DNA of 38,608 nucleotides from Candidatus Atribacteria bacterium (GCA_004525685.1 SPBW01000003.1:1-38608); one strand, 5' to 3'; shown: positions 10,837 through 20,785, counted from the stretch's first letter. Made by a program: numbers and translations. The notes: a model not told the origin generated them from the letters alone.

Positions 10837-11268
10837 ATGGCACTTCTATTCCCGAAACGAACCAAGCATCGCAAGACCCATCGAGGAAGACGGCGAGGCC
10901 TTGCTTCTCGCGGAGCACAAGTTACTTTTGGTGAGTATGGCATTCAGTCGTTGGACGCTGCGTGGATCACGGGAGCGCAAATTGAGGCATGCCGTACAAC
11001 CATTGCGCGAACGACGCAGCGTGGAGCGCGTGTTTGGATTCGCATCTTCCCTGACAAGCCGATCACAAAGCATCCCGCTGAAGCGCGAATGGGAAAAGGT
11101 AAGGGACCCGTGGACCATTGGGTTGCCGTCGTCCGGCCCGGAACAATCCTGTTTGAGATCTCAGGTCTGGAAGAGAAGCAAGCCAAGCGTGTGCATGAGC
11201 TGGTCAGCCACAAGCTGCCCATTCGAACGAAACTGAAGCAGCGAATTGTTCTTGGAGGAGAGGTATGA
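10837..11268 (+). CDS. rplP: 50S ribosomal protein uL16
   Basis: WIRIFPDKPIT and RMGKGKG. Confidence 0.99.
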   Translation: MALLFPKRTKHRKTHRGRRRGLASRGAQVTFGEYGIQSLDAAWITGAQIEACRTTIARTTQRGARVWIRIFPDKPITKHPAEARMGKGKGPVDHWVAVVRPGTILFEISGLEEKQAKRVHELVSHKLPIRTKLKQRIVLGGEV

Positions 11269-11468
11269 AGGCTGTTGAATTGCGTGAGTTGACGCCTGAT
11301 GAGCTTGTGCAGCGGGAGATGGATCTCAAGCGTAAGCTCTTCAATCTGCGATTCCAGCGCGCGTCCGGGGAACTCGACAACAGCGCAGAGCTAACGAAAA
11401 CCCGGAAAGATATAGCACGCTTGATGACGATCATCACGGAGCGTAGGCTGGGGGCGAGCGGCTCATGA
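11265..11468 (+). CDS. rpmC: 50S ribosomal protein uL29
   Basis: MKAVELR...LFNLRFQ...RKDIARLMT; position after rplP. Confidence 0.97.
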   Translation: MKAVELRELTPDELVQREMDLKRKLFNLRFQRASGELDNSAELTKTRKDIARLMTIITERRLGASGS

Positions 11469-11710
11469 GGAAGACAAAGACGGGGCATGTCGTTAGCGAC
11501 AAGATGACACAGACGATTGTCGTGCGAGTGGAAGAGCGAACGATGCACGCGAAGTATCGCAAACACATCAGCCAACACGTCAAGTTCCATGCGCATGATC
11601 CTTTAGAGTTGGCCGGAATCGGTGACATCGTCAAGATTGAGGAGTGTCGACCGATGAGTCGATTGAAGCGTTGGCGTTTGATTGAAGTTCTTGAGAAAGC
11701 GGAGGGATAG
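11465..11710 (+). CDS. rpsQ: 30S ribosomal protein uS17
   Basis: [31 protein letters not shown]. Confidence 0.98.
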   Translation: MRKTKTGHVVSDKMTQTIVVRVEERTMHAKYRKHISQHVKFHAHDPLELAGIGDIVKIEECRPMSRLKRWRLIEVLEKAEG

Positions 11711-11712
11711 CC

Positions 11713-12081
11713 ATGATCCAGATGCAAACCATGCTAAAAGTGGCCGACAACTCCGGCGCCAAGCTTGTTCGCTGTATCAATGTGTTGGGACCATCGAATA
11801 GAGGCGAAGGTGTCATTGGTGACATCGTTGTCGCATCTGTGCGAAAGCGACTTCCCAATAGCGATATCGAGAAGGGTGAGCTCGTGCGCGGCGTGATCGT
11901 GCGCACGCGACGACCCTATCGACGCAAGGACGGCACGTCCGTTCGATTTGATGACAACGCAATCGTATTGATCAACCCGGCAGGCGAGCCCATTGGCACG
12001 CGCGTATTCGGTCCTGTGGCGCGTGAGCTTCGCGACAAGAAGATGATGAGAATCATTTCGCTCGCACCTGAGGTCCTATAG
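11713..12081 (+). CDS. rplN: 50S ribosomal protein uL14
   Basis: [33 protein letters not shown]. Confidence 0.99.
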   Translation: MIQMQTMLKVADNSGAKLVRCINVLGPSNRGEGVIGDIVVASVRKRLPNSDIEKGELVRGVIVRTRRPYRRKDGTSVRFDDNAIVLINPAGEPIGTRVFGPVARELRDKKMMRIISLAPEVL

Positions 12082-12093
12082 GAGAGTTCGGTC

Positions 12094-12405
12094 ATGAAGA
12101 AAATACGAAAAGGTGATCGAGTACGGGTAATCGCGGGAAACGATCGAGGCAAGATCGGACGTGTCCTCGCCATTTATCCTGAGCGTGGCCGTGCCATCGT
12201 TGAGAATGTGCATATGATCACCAAGCATCAGCGAGCGACACAGACTCTGCGTCAGCCAGGCATCGTGAAGCGTGAAGGGACGATCAACTTGTCAAACCTT
12301 CTAACGATCTGCCCGGAATGTGACGAGCCAACGCGCGTCGGCTTCATGGAAGTGGACGGCAAGAAACTACGGCGCTGCAAGCAGTGCGGGGAGAATTTCG
12401 AATAA
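12094..12405 (+). CDS. rplX: 50S ribosomal protein uL24 (CxxC...CxxC form)
   Basis: KOW motif [17 protein letters not shown]; CPEC and CKQC. Confidence 0.98.
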   Translation: MKKIRKGDRVRVIAGNDRGKIGRVLAIYPERGRAIVENVHMITKHQRATQTLRQPGIVKREGTINLSNLLTICPECDEPTRVGFMEVDGKKLRRCKQCGENFE

Positions 12406-12407
12406 TC

Positions 12408-12938
12408 ATGTTTCGCGAACGTTACCAAACAGAGATTGCGCCGAAGCTGAAGGATGAACTTGGGCTGGCTAATGTGATGGAGATTCCGCGCATCGTCAAG
12501 GTGACCCTGAACATGGGAGTCGGCGACAAGGACAATCCGAAGGTTCTTGAAGGGGCAGTCAAGAATCTCATGAAGCTCACTGGACAGAAGCCGATTGTCA
12601 CCAAGGCGAAGAAGTCGATTTCGGACTTCAAACTGGTTCAAGGTGATCCGATCGGCTGCAAGGTGACGCTTCGCAGGGACCATGCTTATGAGTTCCTCAA
12701 TCGACTTTTCAATGCCGTGCTTCCAGGCATCCGTGACTTTCGCGGGTTGTCTTCATCGGCATTTGATGGGCGAGGCAACTACACGTTGGGTCTGAGGGAG
12801 CAACTGTCGTTCCCGGAGATCAGCTACAACGAGGTTGTGAAGAGCCAAGGGATGGACATCACGATCGTAACGTCGGCAAAAACTGACCGGGAAGGGTATG
12901 CCTTGCTCAAGGCGCTAGGCTTCCCATTCAACGATTAA
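12408..12938 (+). CDS. rplE: 50S ribosomal protein uL5
   Basis: [33 protein letters not shown]; ATG 12408 lies just after the rplX stop. Confidence 0.98.
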   Translation: MFRERYQTEIAPKLKDELGLANVMEIPRIVKVTLNMGVGDKDNPKVLEGAVKNLMKLTGQKPIVTKAKKSISDFKLVQGDPIGCKVTLRRDHAYEFLNRLFNAVLPGIRDFRGLSSSAFDGRGNYTLGLREQLSFPEISYNEVVKSQGMDITIVTSAKTDREGYALLKALGFPFND

Positions 12939-12947
12939 GGGGGCGAC

Positions 12948-13133
12948 ATGGCACGAACAGCATTGATTGTGAAGAGCAAGCGATCGCCGAAATTCAGTTC
13001 GCGGGGATACAATCGATGTTCCCTGTGTGGGCGCCCTCATGCCTACATACGCGATTTCGGTATCTGCAGGCTCTGCTTCCGGAAGCTTGCGCATCTCGGT
13101 GAGATCCCGGGCGTGAAGAAGGCGAGTTGGTGA
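12948..13133 (+). CDS. rpsN: 30S ribosomal protein uS14, type Z (zinc-binding)
   Basis: 61 aa; RCSLCGR...CRLCFR...[11 protein letters not shown]. Confidence 0.99.
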   Translation: MARTALIVKSKRSPKFSSRGYNRCSLCGRPHAYIRDFGICRLCFRKLAHLGEIPGVKKASW

Positions 13134-13134
13134 G

Positions 13135-13539
13135 ATGATTCCTTATCCGATTGGAGATATGTTAACCCGGATTCGAAACGCAAATTCGTGTTTCCATCCG
13201 AGCGTGTCCATGCCGCACTCGAAGATGAAAGAAGCAGTTGCCAAGGTCTTGGAGTCTGAGGGATACATACGAGGCATTGAAGTCGTGGCGAAGGATCCTC
13301 AGCCCGAGCTGAAGATTCAATTGAAGTATCAAGGTGACCGGGCAGACACTGTTTGTGCGATCAATTCGATACATTTGGTCAGCAAGCCGAGTCGCAGGGT
13401 GTATGTCGGGAAAGACAATGTGCCGCAGCCGCTGGCAGGAATGGGAATCAGTATCATTTCTACATCGCAAGGCATCATATCCGGCAAAGAAGCCAAGGTG
13501 CGGGGCATCGGCGGCGAAGTCCTTTGTGTAGTCTGGTAG
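13135..13539 (+). CDS. rpsH: 30S ribosomal protein uS8
   Basis: DMLTRIRNA, EGYI, SKPSRRVY, ISTSQG, GGEVLC. Confidence 0.99.
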   Translation: MIPYPIGDMLTRIRNANSCFHPSVSMPHSKMKEAVAKVLESEGYIRGIEVVAKDPQPELKIQLKYQGDRADTVCAINSIHLVSKPSRRVYVGKDNVPQPLAGMGISIISTSQGIISGKEAKVRGIGGEVLCVVW

Positions 13540-13551
13540 GGAGAATCCAAG

Positions 13552-14103
13552 ATGTCTAAAGTAGGCAAAGTACCTATTGCGATTCCCGATGGCGTCAAGG
13601 TGACCGTGGGCAGCGGCACGATCGCTGTCGAGGGAAAATACGGCCGTCTCGAACAGGCGTTCCGCCCTGACATGGTTCAAATCGCCGTTGACGATGCAGA
13701 GGCAACTGTCACTCGCGTCAAGGAAGGCAAACAATACCGTGCATTCCACGGGCTGTATCGCAGTCTGTTGGCAAACATGGTTTATGGCGTGTCGCAGCGG
13801 TGGGAGAAGGGAATGCTGGTGCGTGGACTGGGATATCGAGCACGACTTCAGGGCAACACCCTGATGCTCGACTTGGGATACTCCAATCCCATGGAGTACG
13901 AGATTCCTGAGGGCATCGAAATCGAGGTCCCTAATCCGAATGAAGTCATCGTACGGGGCGCTGACAGACAGGCAGTTGGTCAAGCGGCAGCAGAGATACG
14001 GAAATTCCGCAAGCCCAATGTCTATGATGGGAAGGGTATTCGATACAAAAATGAGCAGGTCATTCAGAAGGCTGGAAAGCTCGGCGGCCCTGGTTCTGGG
14101 TAG
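13552..14103 (+). CDS. rplF: 50S ribosomal protein uL6
   Basis: MSKVGK, GLGYRA, LGYSNP, YDGKGIRY. Confidence 0.99.
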   Translation: MSKVGKVPIAIPDGVKVTVGSGTIAVEGKYGRLEQAFRPDMVQIAVDDAEATVTRVKEGKQYRAFHGLYRSLLANMVYGVSQRWEKGMLVRGLGYRARLQGNTLMLDLGYSNPMEYEIPEGIEIEVPNPNEVIVRGADRQAVGQAAAEIRKFRKPNVYDGKGIRYKNEQVIQKAGKLGGPGSG

Positions 14104-14117
14104 GGGGAGTGAGATTC

Positions 14118-14480
14118 ATGGCAGGATTTAATCGCGCCGCAGAAATCGTCAAGCGACACAAACGGATCCGCAAGAGGGTATCCGGTACGAGTGATCGTCC
14201 CCGTCTGTGCATCGCCAAGACGTTGCGCCAACTCTATGTTCAGATCATAGACGACGAAGCACGCGTTACGCTTTTGCAGGCCTCTACACTTGAGCCAGCA
14301 TTTCGTGAAGAACTTCGTGGAGCCAATATTGCCTCCGCTGAAAGACTCGGCGCACTATTGGCGGAACGGGCGAAAGAAAAGGGTGTTGCGACGGTCGTCT
14401 TTGATCGTGGCGGACATGCCTATCATGGCGTCATAAAAGCGTTTGCTGATGCCTGTCGCAAAGGGGGCTTGCAGTTCTAA
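14118..14480 (+). CDS. rplR: 50S ribosomal protein uL18 (alternative GTG start at 14109)
   Basis: RPRL, YVQIIDD, VVFDRGG, YHG, GLQF. Confidence 0.98.
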   Translation: MAGFNRAAEIVKRHKRIRKRVSGTSDRPRLCIAKTLRQLYVQIIDDEARVTLLQASTLEPAFREELRGANIASAERLGALLAERAKEKGVATVVFDRGGHAYHGVIKAFADACRKGGLQF

Positions 14481-14986
14481 TGCGCCGCAATCAACGTATT
14501 CAAGACGAGTTTGAGAACGAGATCATCGATATCCGTCGCGTAAGCAAGGTAACCAAGGGTGGACGAAACCTGCGGTTCCGCGTCACGATGGTTGTTGGTG
14601 ATGGAAAGGGGCGCGTTGGCGTGGGCATGGGCAGTACCACGGAGATTCCCAGAGCCATTCAACAGGCCATTCGAGACGCCAAGAAGAGCCTTATTCAAGT
14701 CAATATGGATGGGAGCACAATCCCTCATGAGATCATCGGCAAGTTCAAGGCTGGCAACGTATTGCTGAAGCCAGCGTATCCGGGAACTGGCGTGATCGCC
14801 GGCACTACGGTAGGCGCGATTTGTCGCTTAGCTGGGATCAAGGATATCTTGACCAAGTCGATCGGAACGACCAATCCATTGACTCTATCGAAAGCTGCAT
14901 TGAAGGGACTAGAGCAACTGCGCAGCCGGCAAGAGATCGAGCAGGTGCTCGGTGTGGGCGCTCAGGAGGTAAGAGATGCGGCTTGA
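14480..14986 (+). CDS. rpsE: 30S ribosomal protein uS5
   Basis: RVSKVTKGGR, VVGDGKG, PGTGVIAG. Confidence 0.99.
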   Translation: MRRNQRIQDEFENEIIDIRRVSKVTKGGRNLRFRVTMVVGDGKGRVGVGMGSTTEIPRAIQQAIRDAKKSLIQVNMDGSTIPHEIIGKFKAGNVLLKPAYPGTGVIAGTTVGAICRLAGIKDILTKSIGTTNPLTLSKAALKGLEQLRSRQEIEQVLGVGAQEVRDAA

Positions 14987-15422
14987 GGATCTACGCCCCA
15001 CTGCAGGTGCCAAACATCGCAAGAAGCGCGTTGGCCGAGGATACGGATCTGGCCTAGGTGGTCACGAGTCCGGCCGAGGAAACGCCGGTCAGAACTCTCG
15101 TTCTGGTGGCGGAACCCGACCTGGATATGAAGGTGGACAGACCCCCATCTGGATGCGTTTCCCGAAGCGTGGGTTCAAGAACTACGCACGCGTGGAATAC
15201 GTGTGTGTGAACGTGGATACGCTTGACAACCTGTTCAACGCCAATGAGGAGATCACACCTGAGCGCTTGCGCAAAGACGGATTGATCAAGGGGAAGACGC
15301 AGCTGGTGAAGATCCTCGGACGAGGAGAACTAACCAAGCCTCTTGTGGTACGGGCTCATCGATTTGGTGCTGAAGCAATGCGCAAAATCGAGGATGCTGG
15401 AGGAAAGGCTGAGGTGATTTAG
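14976..15422 (+). CDS. rplO: 50S ribosomal protein uL15
   Basis: RVGRGYGSG, GQNSRSGG, EGGQTP, PKRGF, KIEDAGG. Confidence 0.99.
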   Translation: MRLEDLRPTAGAKHRKKRVGRGYGSGLGGHESGRGNAGQNSRSGGGTRPGYEGGQTPIWMRFPKRGFKNYARVEYVCVNVDTLDNLFNANEEITPERLRKDGLIKGKTQLVKILGRGELTKPLVVRAHRFGAEAMRKIEDAGGKAEVI

Positions 15423-15424
15423 GC

Positions 15425-16702
15425 ATGTGGGAGAAGTTCGCGAGTCTGTTCAAGGTTCCAGAACTACGCAAGCGAATCCTGTTCACACTGGGCGCGATCA
15501 TCGTCATCCGATTGGGAACTCACATTTCCGTCCCTGGCGTGAATTGGAGAGATATCGGTGAGTTTCAATCGGGCGGACTTCTTGATTTCATGAACATGTT
15601 CAGCGGCGGCGCACTACAGAAGTTCTCGCTGTTTGCCCTAGGCGTTACGCCGTACATCAATGCCTCGATCATCTTTAGCCTGCTGACATCAGTCATTCCC
15701 AAGCTGAAGGAATTGCAGCAGCAAGGGCGCGAAGGCCGACGCAAGATCACGTCCTACACACGTTACGCCACAGTTGGATTAGCCATTGTGCAGGGCGTCG
15801 CCTTCTCAACGATCATCAAAGGTGCGTTTCCTATTGACGCCAACTTGTGGTTCTACACGACGACCATTGTCACGCTGACGACGGGAACGATCTTCCTGAT
15901 GTGGCTGGGCGAGCGCATCACAGAGAATGGAATCGGTAATGGTATCAGTCTGATCATCATGATCAGTATCTTGTCGCGGTTCCCCACGCAGCTGGCGCAG
16001 CTATTCACAGGGATCGGCAATGGGCAGATCTCGGCCATTTGGGCGCCTTTGTTTATCGTCTTGCTCATTGTCGTGGTGGCCGGTATGACGATGGTGCAGC
16101 AGGGCCAACGCAAGATCTCGATTCAGTATGCCAAGCGCACGATGGGCCGCCGTATCTACGGCGGGCATTCGTCGCATCTGCCGCTCAAGGTGAATCAATC
16201 GGGCGTTATCCCCGTCATTTTTGCGATGGCGTTGTTGACGTTCCCCATTACCATCTTCAGCGCGCTCAATTGGACACTAGCGCTCGACTTGTTTGCGCAA
16301 GGCAGCCTCTTGTACATCATCTGCTATGTAGCTCTGATCTTCTTCTTTACGTATTTCTACAGCTCCATCGTGTTCGATCCGAATGATGTAGCAAAGAACA
16401 TCCGTGAAGCAGGAGGATTCATTCCTGGCGTACGTCCTGGAAAGCCGACGGCTGAATACATCACCGCCATTCTCGGACGAATGCTGTTGGTGGGAGCCGT
16501 ATTCCTGTCAGGAGTGGCCGTCTTGCCATACATCTTGTCGTCGCTGAGCAAGTCTCCAGCGATGTTCCTGATTGGCGGGACATCACTGCTCATTGTTGTC
16601 GGTGTAGGTATTGACACGCTCATGCAGATTGAGACACACCTTGTCATGCGACATTACGATTCGCTGACCAAGTCCGGTGGATTGCTAGGAAGGCGAGGCT
16701 AA
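15425..16702 (+). CDS. secY: Preprotein translocase subunit SecY
   Basis: SLFALGVTPYINASII, WLGERITENGIGNGISLII, GVIPVIFA, FIPGVRPG, GGTSLLIVVGV; multiple hydrophobic segments. Confidence 0.99.
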   Translation: MWEKFASLFKVPELRKRILFTLGAIIVIRLGTHISVPGVNWRDIGEFQSGGLLDFMNMFSGGALQKFSLFALGVTPYINASIIFSLLTSVIPKLKELQQQGREGRRKITSYTRYATVGLAIVQGVAFSTIIKGAFPIDANLWFYTTTIVTLTTGTIFLMWLGERITENGIGNGISLIIMISILSRFPTQLAQLFTGIGNGQISAIWAPLFIVLLIVVVAGMTMVQQGQRKISIQYAKRTMGRRIYGGHSSHLPLKVNQSGVIPVIFAMALLTFPITIFSALNWTLALDLFAQGSLLYIICYVALIFFFTYFYSSIVFDPNDVAKNIREAGGFIPGVRPGKPTAEYITAILGRMLLVGAVFLSGVAVLPYILSSLSKSPAMFLIGGTSLLIVVGVGIDTLMQIETHLVMRHYDSLTKSGGLLGRRG

Positions 16703-17335
16703 ATGGCTCTTCGACATGTCGTCCTTCTAGGCCCTCCTGGTGCGGGTAAGGGTACGCAGGCCAAGCAGATCATCAACGAACTTGGCTTGGTGCACCTGTC
16801 TACTGGCGATATTCTGCGCGATGAAGTGTCCCGTGAAACGGAATTGGGGAAGACGGCGAAGGGGTTCATGGATCGCGGTGATCTTGTACCTGATCAACTC
16901 ATCATCGACATGATCCGTGGACGCATTGAAGCTGCTGATCAAGGTTTCTTGCTGGACGGATTTCCACGTACAACTGCTCAGGCCGAAGCGTTGGCCGCGT
17001 TTGCCACCATCGATGTTGTGCTGAACATCGGACTTGCTCGCGAAGAAGTGGTCCGTCGACTGGCAGGTCGCCGTGTCTGCCGTGATTGTGGCGCGATCTA
17101 TAACCTGACGTTCAATCTCGCAGAAGGGGAAACCACTTGTGCGAAGTGCGGCGGCGAGTTGTATCAGCGCGATGATGACAAAACAGAGGTTATCGCCAAT
17201 CGATATGACATCTATGAGCGCTCGACTGCCCCCCTGATCGAGTACTACACTCGACAGGGAGTCGTGCGAACACTTGATGGCGCTGCTGGATCTGAGAATG
17301 TCTTTTCGGAGATCCTTGAACTCCTGAGCGCATGA
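16703..17335 (+). CDS. adk: Adenylate kinase (zinc-lid type)
   Basis: GPPGAGKGTQ, STGDILR, LDGFPRT; lid CRDC...CAKC. Confidence 0.99.
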   Translation: MALRHVVLLGPPGAGKGTQAKQIINELGLVHLSTGDILRDEVSRETELGKTAKGFMDRGDLVPDQLIIDMIRGRIEAADQGFLLDGFPRTTAQAEALAAFATIDVVLNIGLAREEVVRRLAGRRVCRDCGAIYNLTFNLAEGETTCAKCGGELYQRDDDKTEVIANRYDIYERSTAPLIEYYTRQGVVRTLDGAAGSENVFSEILELLSA

Positions 17336-18096
17336 TTGCACTGAAGACGCCCGCAGAGATCGCCATCATGCGAGAGAACGGGCGCATTCTGGCTCAGATC
17401 CTTGACAAGCTCTGTGAGAAGGTTAGGCCCGGCCGAACGACGCAGTTCTTCGACAACTTGGCAGAGATGCTCATTCGTGAAGCGGGGGCTGTACCCTCGT
17501 TCAAGGGCTACTCTGGATATCCGGCGTCGATCAATGCATCGATCAACGAAGAAGTTGTACACGGGATTCCCTCTCTAGAGAGGTGGCTGGAAGAGGGCGA
17601 TGTGTTTTCGATTGACATCGGACTCCTACGAAATGGGATGCACGTAGATATGGCCACAACGGTCGCTGTTGGGAACGTTGATGACATAGCTCGCCAAATG
17701 ATGGACGTTGGTGAGCGCAGCTTGTGGGAAGGAATCGAACAAGTTAAGATAGGGAACCGTTTGTCCGATATTTCGCATGCCATCGGAAGCTGTGTCGAAG
17801 CGGCAGGGTTTCACGTGGTGAAAGAGTATGTTGGGCATGGAATCGGGAAAGCTTTGCACGAGGATCCGCAGATTCCCAACTACGGACCGCCTGGTCATGG
17901 AATGCGATTGAGACCGGGAATGGCGCTCGCGATAGAGCCGATGATCAAGATCGACTCACTACCGACGCAGGTTCAAGCTGATCGATGGACCGTGGTTACG
18001 GGATCAGGTGGATTGTCCGTGCATTTTGAGCATACGATTGTACTGACGGACGACAGAGCTGTCGTCGTAACGCTAGGAGGTGACGAAAAAGCGTAG
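17332..18096 (+). CDS. map: Methionine aminopeptidase type I
   Basis: VVHGIP, IDIG...HVD, GHGIG..LHEDP, IEPM, HFEHT. Confidence 0.98.
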   Translation: MIALKTPAEIAIMRENGRILAQILDKLCEKVRPGRTTQFFDNLAEMLIREAGAVPSFKGYSGYPASINASINEEVVHGIPSLERWLEEGDVFSIDIGLLRNGMHVDMATTVAVGNVDDIARQMMDVGERSLWEGIEQVKIGNRLSDISHAIGSCVEAAGFHVVKEYVGHGIGKALHEDPQIPNYGPPGHGMRLRPGMALAIEPMIKIDSLPTQVQADRWTVVTGSGGLSVHFEHTIVLTDDRAVVVTLGGDEKA

Positions 18097-18338
18097 TGGC
18101 AACGAACGAGAAACAACGCGGAGGTAAGAAGGACGTGCTTCGAGTTCGGGGTGAGGTGATTGAATCTCTTCCCAATTCGACGTTTCGAGTGAAGCTCGAT
18201 AACGAGCATGTCGTGCTCTGTCACATCTCGGGACGGATTCGGAAGCACTATATTCGAATTCTTACTGGCGATCGTGTGATTGTTGAGTTCTCACCGTACG
18301 ATCTTACCAAAGGAAGGATCGTCTATCGTGAGTCCTAA
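18096..18338 (+). CDS. infA: Translation initiation factor IF-1
   Basis: [45 protein letters not shown]; GTG start overlaps the map stop. Confidence 0.99.
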   Translation: MATNEKQRGGKKDVLRVRGEVIESLPNSTFRVKLDNEHVVLCHISGRIRKHYIRILTGDRVIVEFSPYDLTKGRIVYRES

Positions 18339-18355
18339 TTGCTACGCTTGACATT

Positions 18356-18469
18356 ATGAAGGTTCGAGCTTCTGTTAAGAAGATGTGCGCCAAATGCAAG
18401 GTCATCCGGCGTGAAGGACGAGTGCTCGTGATCTGTCGGAATCCAAAGCATAAGCAGCGGCAAGGGTAG
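18356..18469 (+). CDS. rpmJ: 50S ribosomal protein bL36 (below the ORF-track size cut-off)
   Basis: Manual translation [37 protein letters not shown]; CCCH zinc form. Confidence 0.99.
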   Translation: MKVRASVKKMCAKCKVIRREGRVLVICRNPKHKQRQG

Positions 18470-18480
18470 GGGGAAGATCA

Positions 18481-18846
18481 ATGGCGCGAATAGCAGGTGT
18501 CAATCTGCCGAACAACAAGCGAATCGAGATCGCGTTGACGTATATCTACGGGATTGGTTCGACTCGTGCGGCTGAAGTCATCGAGAAGACAGGGATTTCT
18601 CCCGACGTGCGCGTGAAGGATCTCACAGAAAATGAGGTCAATAATCTGCGCCGCGAAGTTGAGCAATTCATGGTCGAGGGTGATCTGCGACGACGAATTC
18701 ATTCAAGCATACAACGCTTGAAAGACATCGGATCGTATCGCGGAAGTCGACACGCGAGGCGCCTACCGGCGCGCGGACAGCGGACTCGGGCCAACGCTCG
18801 GACGTGGAAGGGACCACGCCCTGCGAAGGCGGGTAAGAAGAGGTAG
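18481..18846 (+). CDS. rpsM: 30S ribosomal protein uS13
   Basis: [37 protein letters not shown]. Confidence 0.99.
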   Translation: MARIAGVNLPNNKRIEIALTYIYGIGSTRAAEVIEKTGISPDVRVKDLTENEVNNLRREVEQFMVEGDLRRRIHSSIQRLKDIGSYRGSRHARRLPARGQRTRANARTWKGPRPAKAGKKR

Positions 18847-18852
18847 CGGCCT

Positions 18853-19200
18853 ATGGCAAAAAACATCATCAAGCTTGAACGTGCTCAGGTTCACATTCAT
18901 GCCTCGTTCAACAACACGATCATCACGATCACGGACATGAATGGGCATCCGGTCATGTGGAAGTCACCGGGCATGGTCGGGTACAAGGGATCGCGAAAAG
19001 GTACGCCCTATGCCGCGCAGATTGCCGCTGAGTCCTTATCTCGGGAAATGAAAGATGCCGGAATTCGCTCCGTTGCCGTCTTTGTCAAGGGAACGGGGTC
19101 AGGTCGGCAATCGGTCATTCAGACAATCAAGTCTTCTGGGATCCGCGTCGAAGAAGTGAAGAATGTTACACCGGTTTCCCATAGCAAGGGGAGACGATAA
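18853..19200 (+). CDS. rpsK: 30S ribosomal protein uS11 (truncated, altered C-terminal tail)
   Basis: HIHASFNNTIITITD and GYKGSRKGTPYAAQ; lies between rpsM and rpsD. Confidence 0.98.
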   Translation: MAKNIIKLERAQVHIHASFNNTIITITDMNGHPVMWKSPGMVGYKGSRKGTPYAAQIAAESLSREMKDAGIRSVAVFVKGTGSGRQSVIQTIKSSGIRVEEVKNVTPVSHSKGRR

Positions 19201-19823
19201 TGGGACGAGATACTGGTGGTAAGTGCAAACAATGCCGCAGAGAGGGCGAGAAGCTCTTCCTGAAAGGGGATCGGTGCTATTCGCGCAGCTGCGCGATGGG
19301 TTCGCGTGCGAAGCCCCCTGGAGAAGGTCCAAAGAAACGGCGTCCTCGAAGAAGTCAGTATTTGCTGCATCTACGAGAGAAGCAAAAAGCGCGACGGATC
19401 TACGGTGTACGTGAGAAACAGTTCCGTAACTACATGATTGAGGCAAAGCGCCGCAAGGGCATTACAGGCGTAGCGTTGCTTGTGTTGCTTGAGCGACGGT
19501 TCGACAACCTCGTCTACAGAGCTGGATTTGCGTCCTCTCGCCAGCAAGCACGACAGATGATTGTCCATGGACACCTTGAAGTGAATGGACGAGCATCCAA
19601 TGTGCCGTCCATGCTGCTCAAAGATGGAGACTTCGTTTCTATCAAAGAGGGGCGACGTAGCCGATTGAAAGCAATCGTGGAATCGAATCAGGGACGGGAA
19701 GTTCCGAACTGGTTGGACAAGAACGCAGATGCGATGAAGTTCCAACTTGTTACGACACCGAACGTGGACCAGATTGGTCTGACCATCGCCACCAACCTGA
19801 TCGTTGAGTTCTATTCCCGCTAG
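19200..19823 (+). CDS. rpsD: 30S ribosomal protein uS4 (4-Cys form)
   Basis: CKQCRREGEKLFLKGDRC...C, LREKQK, LERRFDNLVYRAGF, IVEFYSR. Confidence 0.99.
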   Translation: MGRDTGGKCKQCRREGEKLFLKGDRCYSRSCAMGSRAKPPGEGPKKRRPRRSQYLLHLREKQKARRIYGVREKQFRNYMIEAKRRKGITGVALLVLLERRFDNLVYRAGFASSRQQARQMIVHGHLEVNGRASNVPSMLLKDGDFVSIKEGRRSRLKAIVESNQGREVPNWLDKNADAMKFQLVTTPNVDQIGLTIATNLIVEFYSR

Positions 19824-19831
19824 GAGGCGAC

Positions 19832-20785
19832 ATGGATGAGCTTGTCTTCCCACAGGGGATAAAGATTGAAGAGTTAACAGATACTAGAGGGAAGATTTCG
19901 ATCGAGCCTCTCGAGCGTGGGTTTGCCACGACGCTTGGAAACTCGCTTCGTCGTGTACTGCTTTCCGCAATACCGGGCGCGGCTGTCGTGCGTGTCCGTT
20001 TTGCTGGCAAGTATCATGAATACGACACGATCGAAGGCGCGCGCGAGGACATCCTGGAGATTATCCTAAACTTCAAGAGCCTGTCCCTTCGCACGACAAG
20101 CGATGAGGTGCAGCGGCTGACATTGACGAAGAAGGGACCGGCCGTGGTCACTGCCGCTGACATTGTTACTCCTCCGGGAGTCGAAATCATTAATCGTGAC
20201 TTACACATTGCGACCTTGAATAAGACAGGAGAACTTGAGGTTGAACTGGAAGTGGAGACAGGATTCGGGTACGTGGCCTCAGAGGCAAACGGACTTGAAG
20301 ACTCGCCGCTGTCGGTGATTCCCATAGATGCTGACTTCTCTCCTGTGCGTCGCGTCGACTTCCATAGCGAAGAAACTCGCGTTGGTGGGAAGACCGGCTA
20401 CGAGCGATTGGTACTTGAATTGGAAACCAATGGAGGCATCAAGCCTGAAGAGGCATTGTCAGAAGTGAGCCGAATCCTTCGGCGACATCTGGACATATTC
20501 AACAATTTTGCGGAGCATCCATTTGGCATTTCCGTGGACGAAGCAGAGGAAGCTGAGGCGGAAGAGCTCTCAATTGCTCTCATAGATCTTGACATCGATC
20601 AGCGCGCCTGCAACCTGCTACAGGAAGCGGACGTTGTCACGCTACATGACCTGATCACGCGTCCCCGCGAGGAGCTGCTTGATATTCATGGCTTCGGCGG
20701 AAAGACCTTGAGCAAGGTTGAGGATCGATTGAAAGAGCTTGGGTATTCCCTACGAAGCGAAGGAGACATTCGCCATGAGGCATAG
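19832..20785 (+). CDS. rpoA: DNA-directed RNA polymerase subunit alpha
   Basis: EPLERGF.TTLGNSLRRVLLS, HEY, GFGYV, IDADFSPV, alphaCTD. Confidence 0.99.
   Translation: MDELVFPQGIKIEELTDTRGKISIEPLERGFATTLGNSLRRVLLSAIPGAAVVRVRFAGKYHEYDTIEGAREDILEIILNFKSLSLRTTSDEVQRLTLTKKGPAVVTAADIVTPPGVEIINRDLHIATLNKTGELEVELEVETGFGYVASEANGLEDSPLSVIPIDADFSPVRRVDFHSEETRVGGKTGYERLVLELETNGGIKPEEALSEVSRILRRHLDIFNNFAEHPFGISVDEAEEAEAEELSIALIDLDIDQRACNLLQEADVVTLHDLITRPREELLDIHGFGGKTLSKVEDRLKELGYSLRSEGDIRHEA

Noticed and set aside
18348-18381. TTGACA just before rpmJ as an internal alpha-operon promoter
   Set aside because: No TANNNT at 16-18 nt spacing.
19141-19260. Frameshift hiding a normal uS11 tail
   Set aside because: No HNG or CRPP-like sequence in the other frames, and the stop overlaps the start of an intact rpsD.
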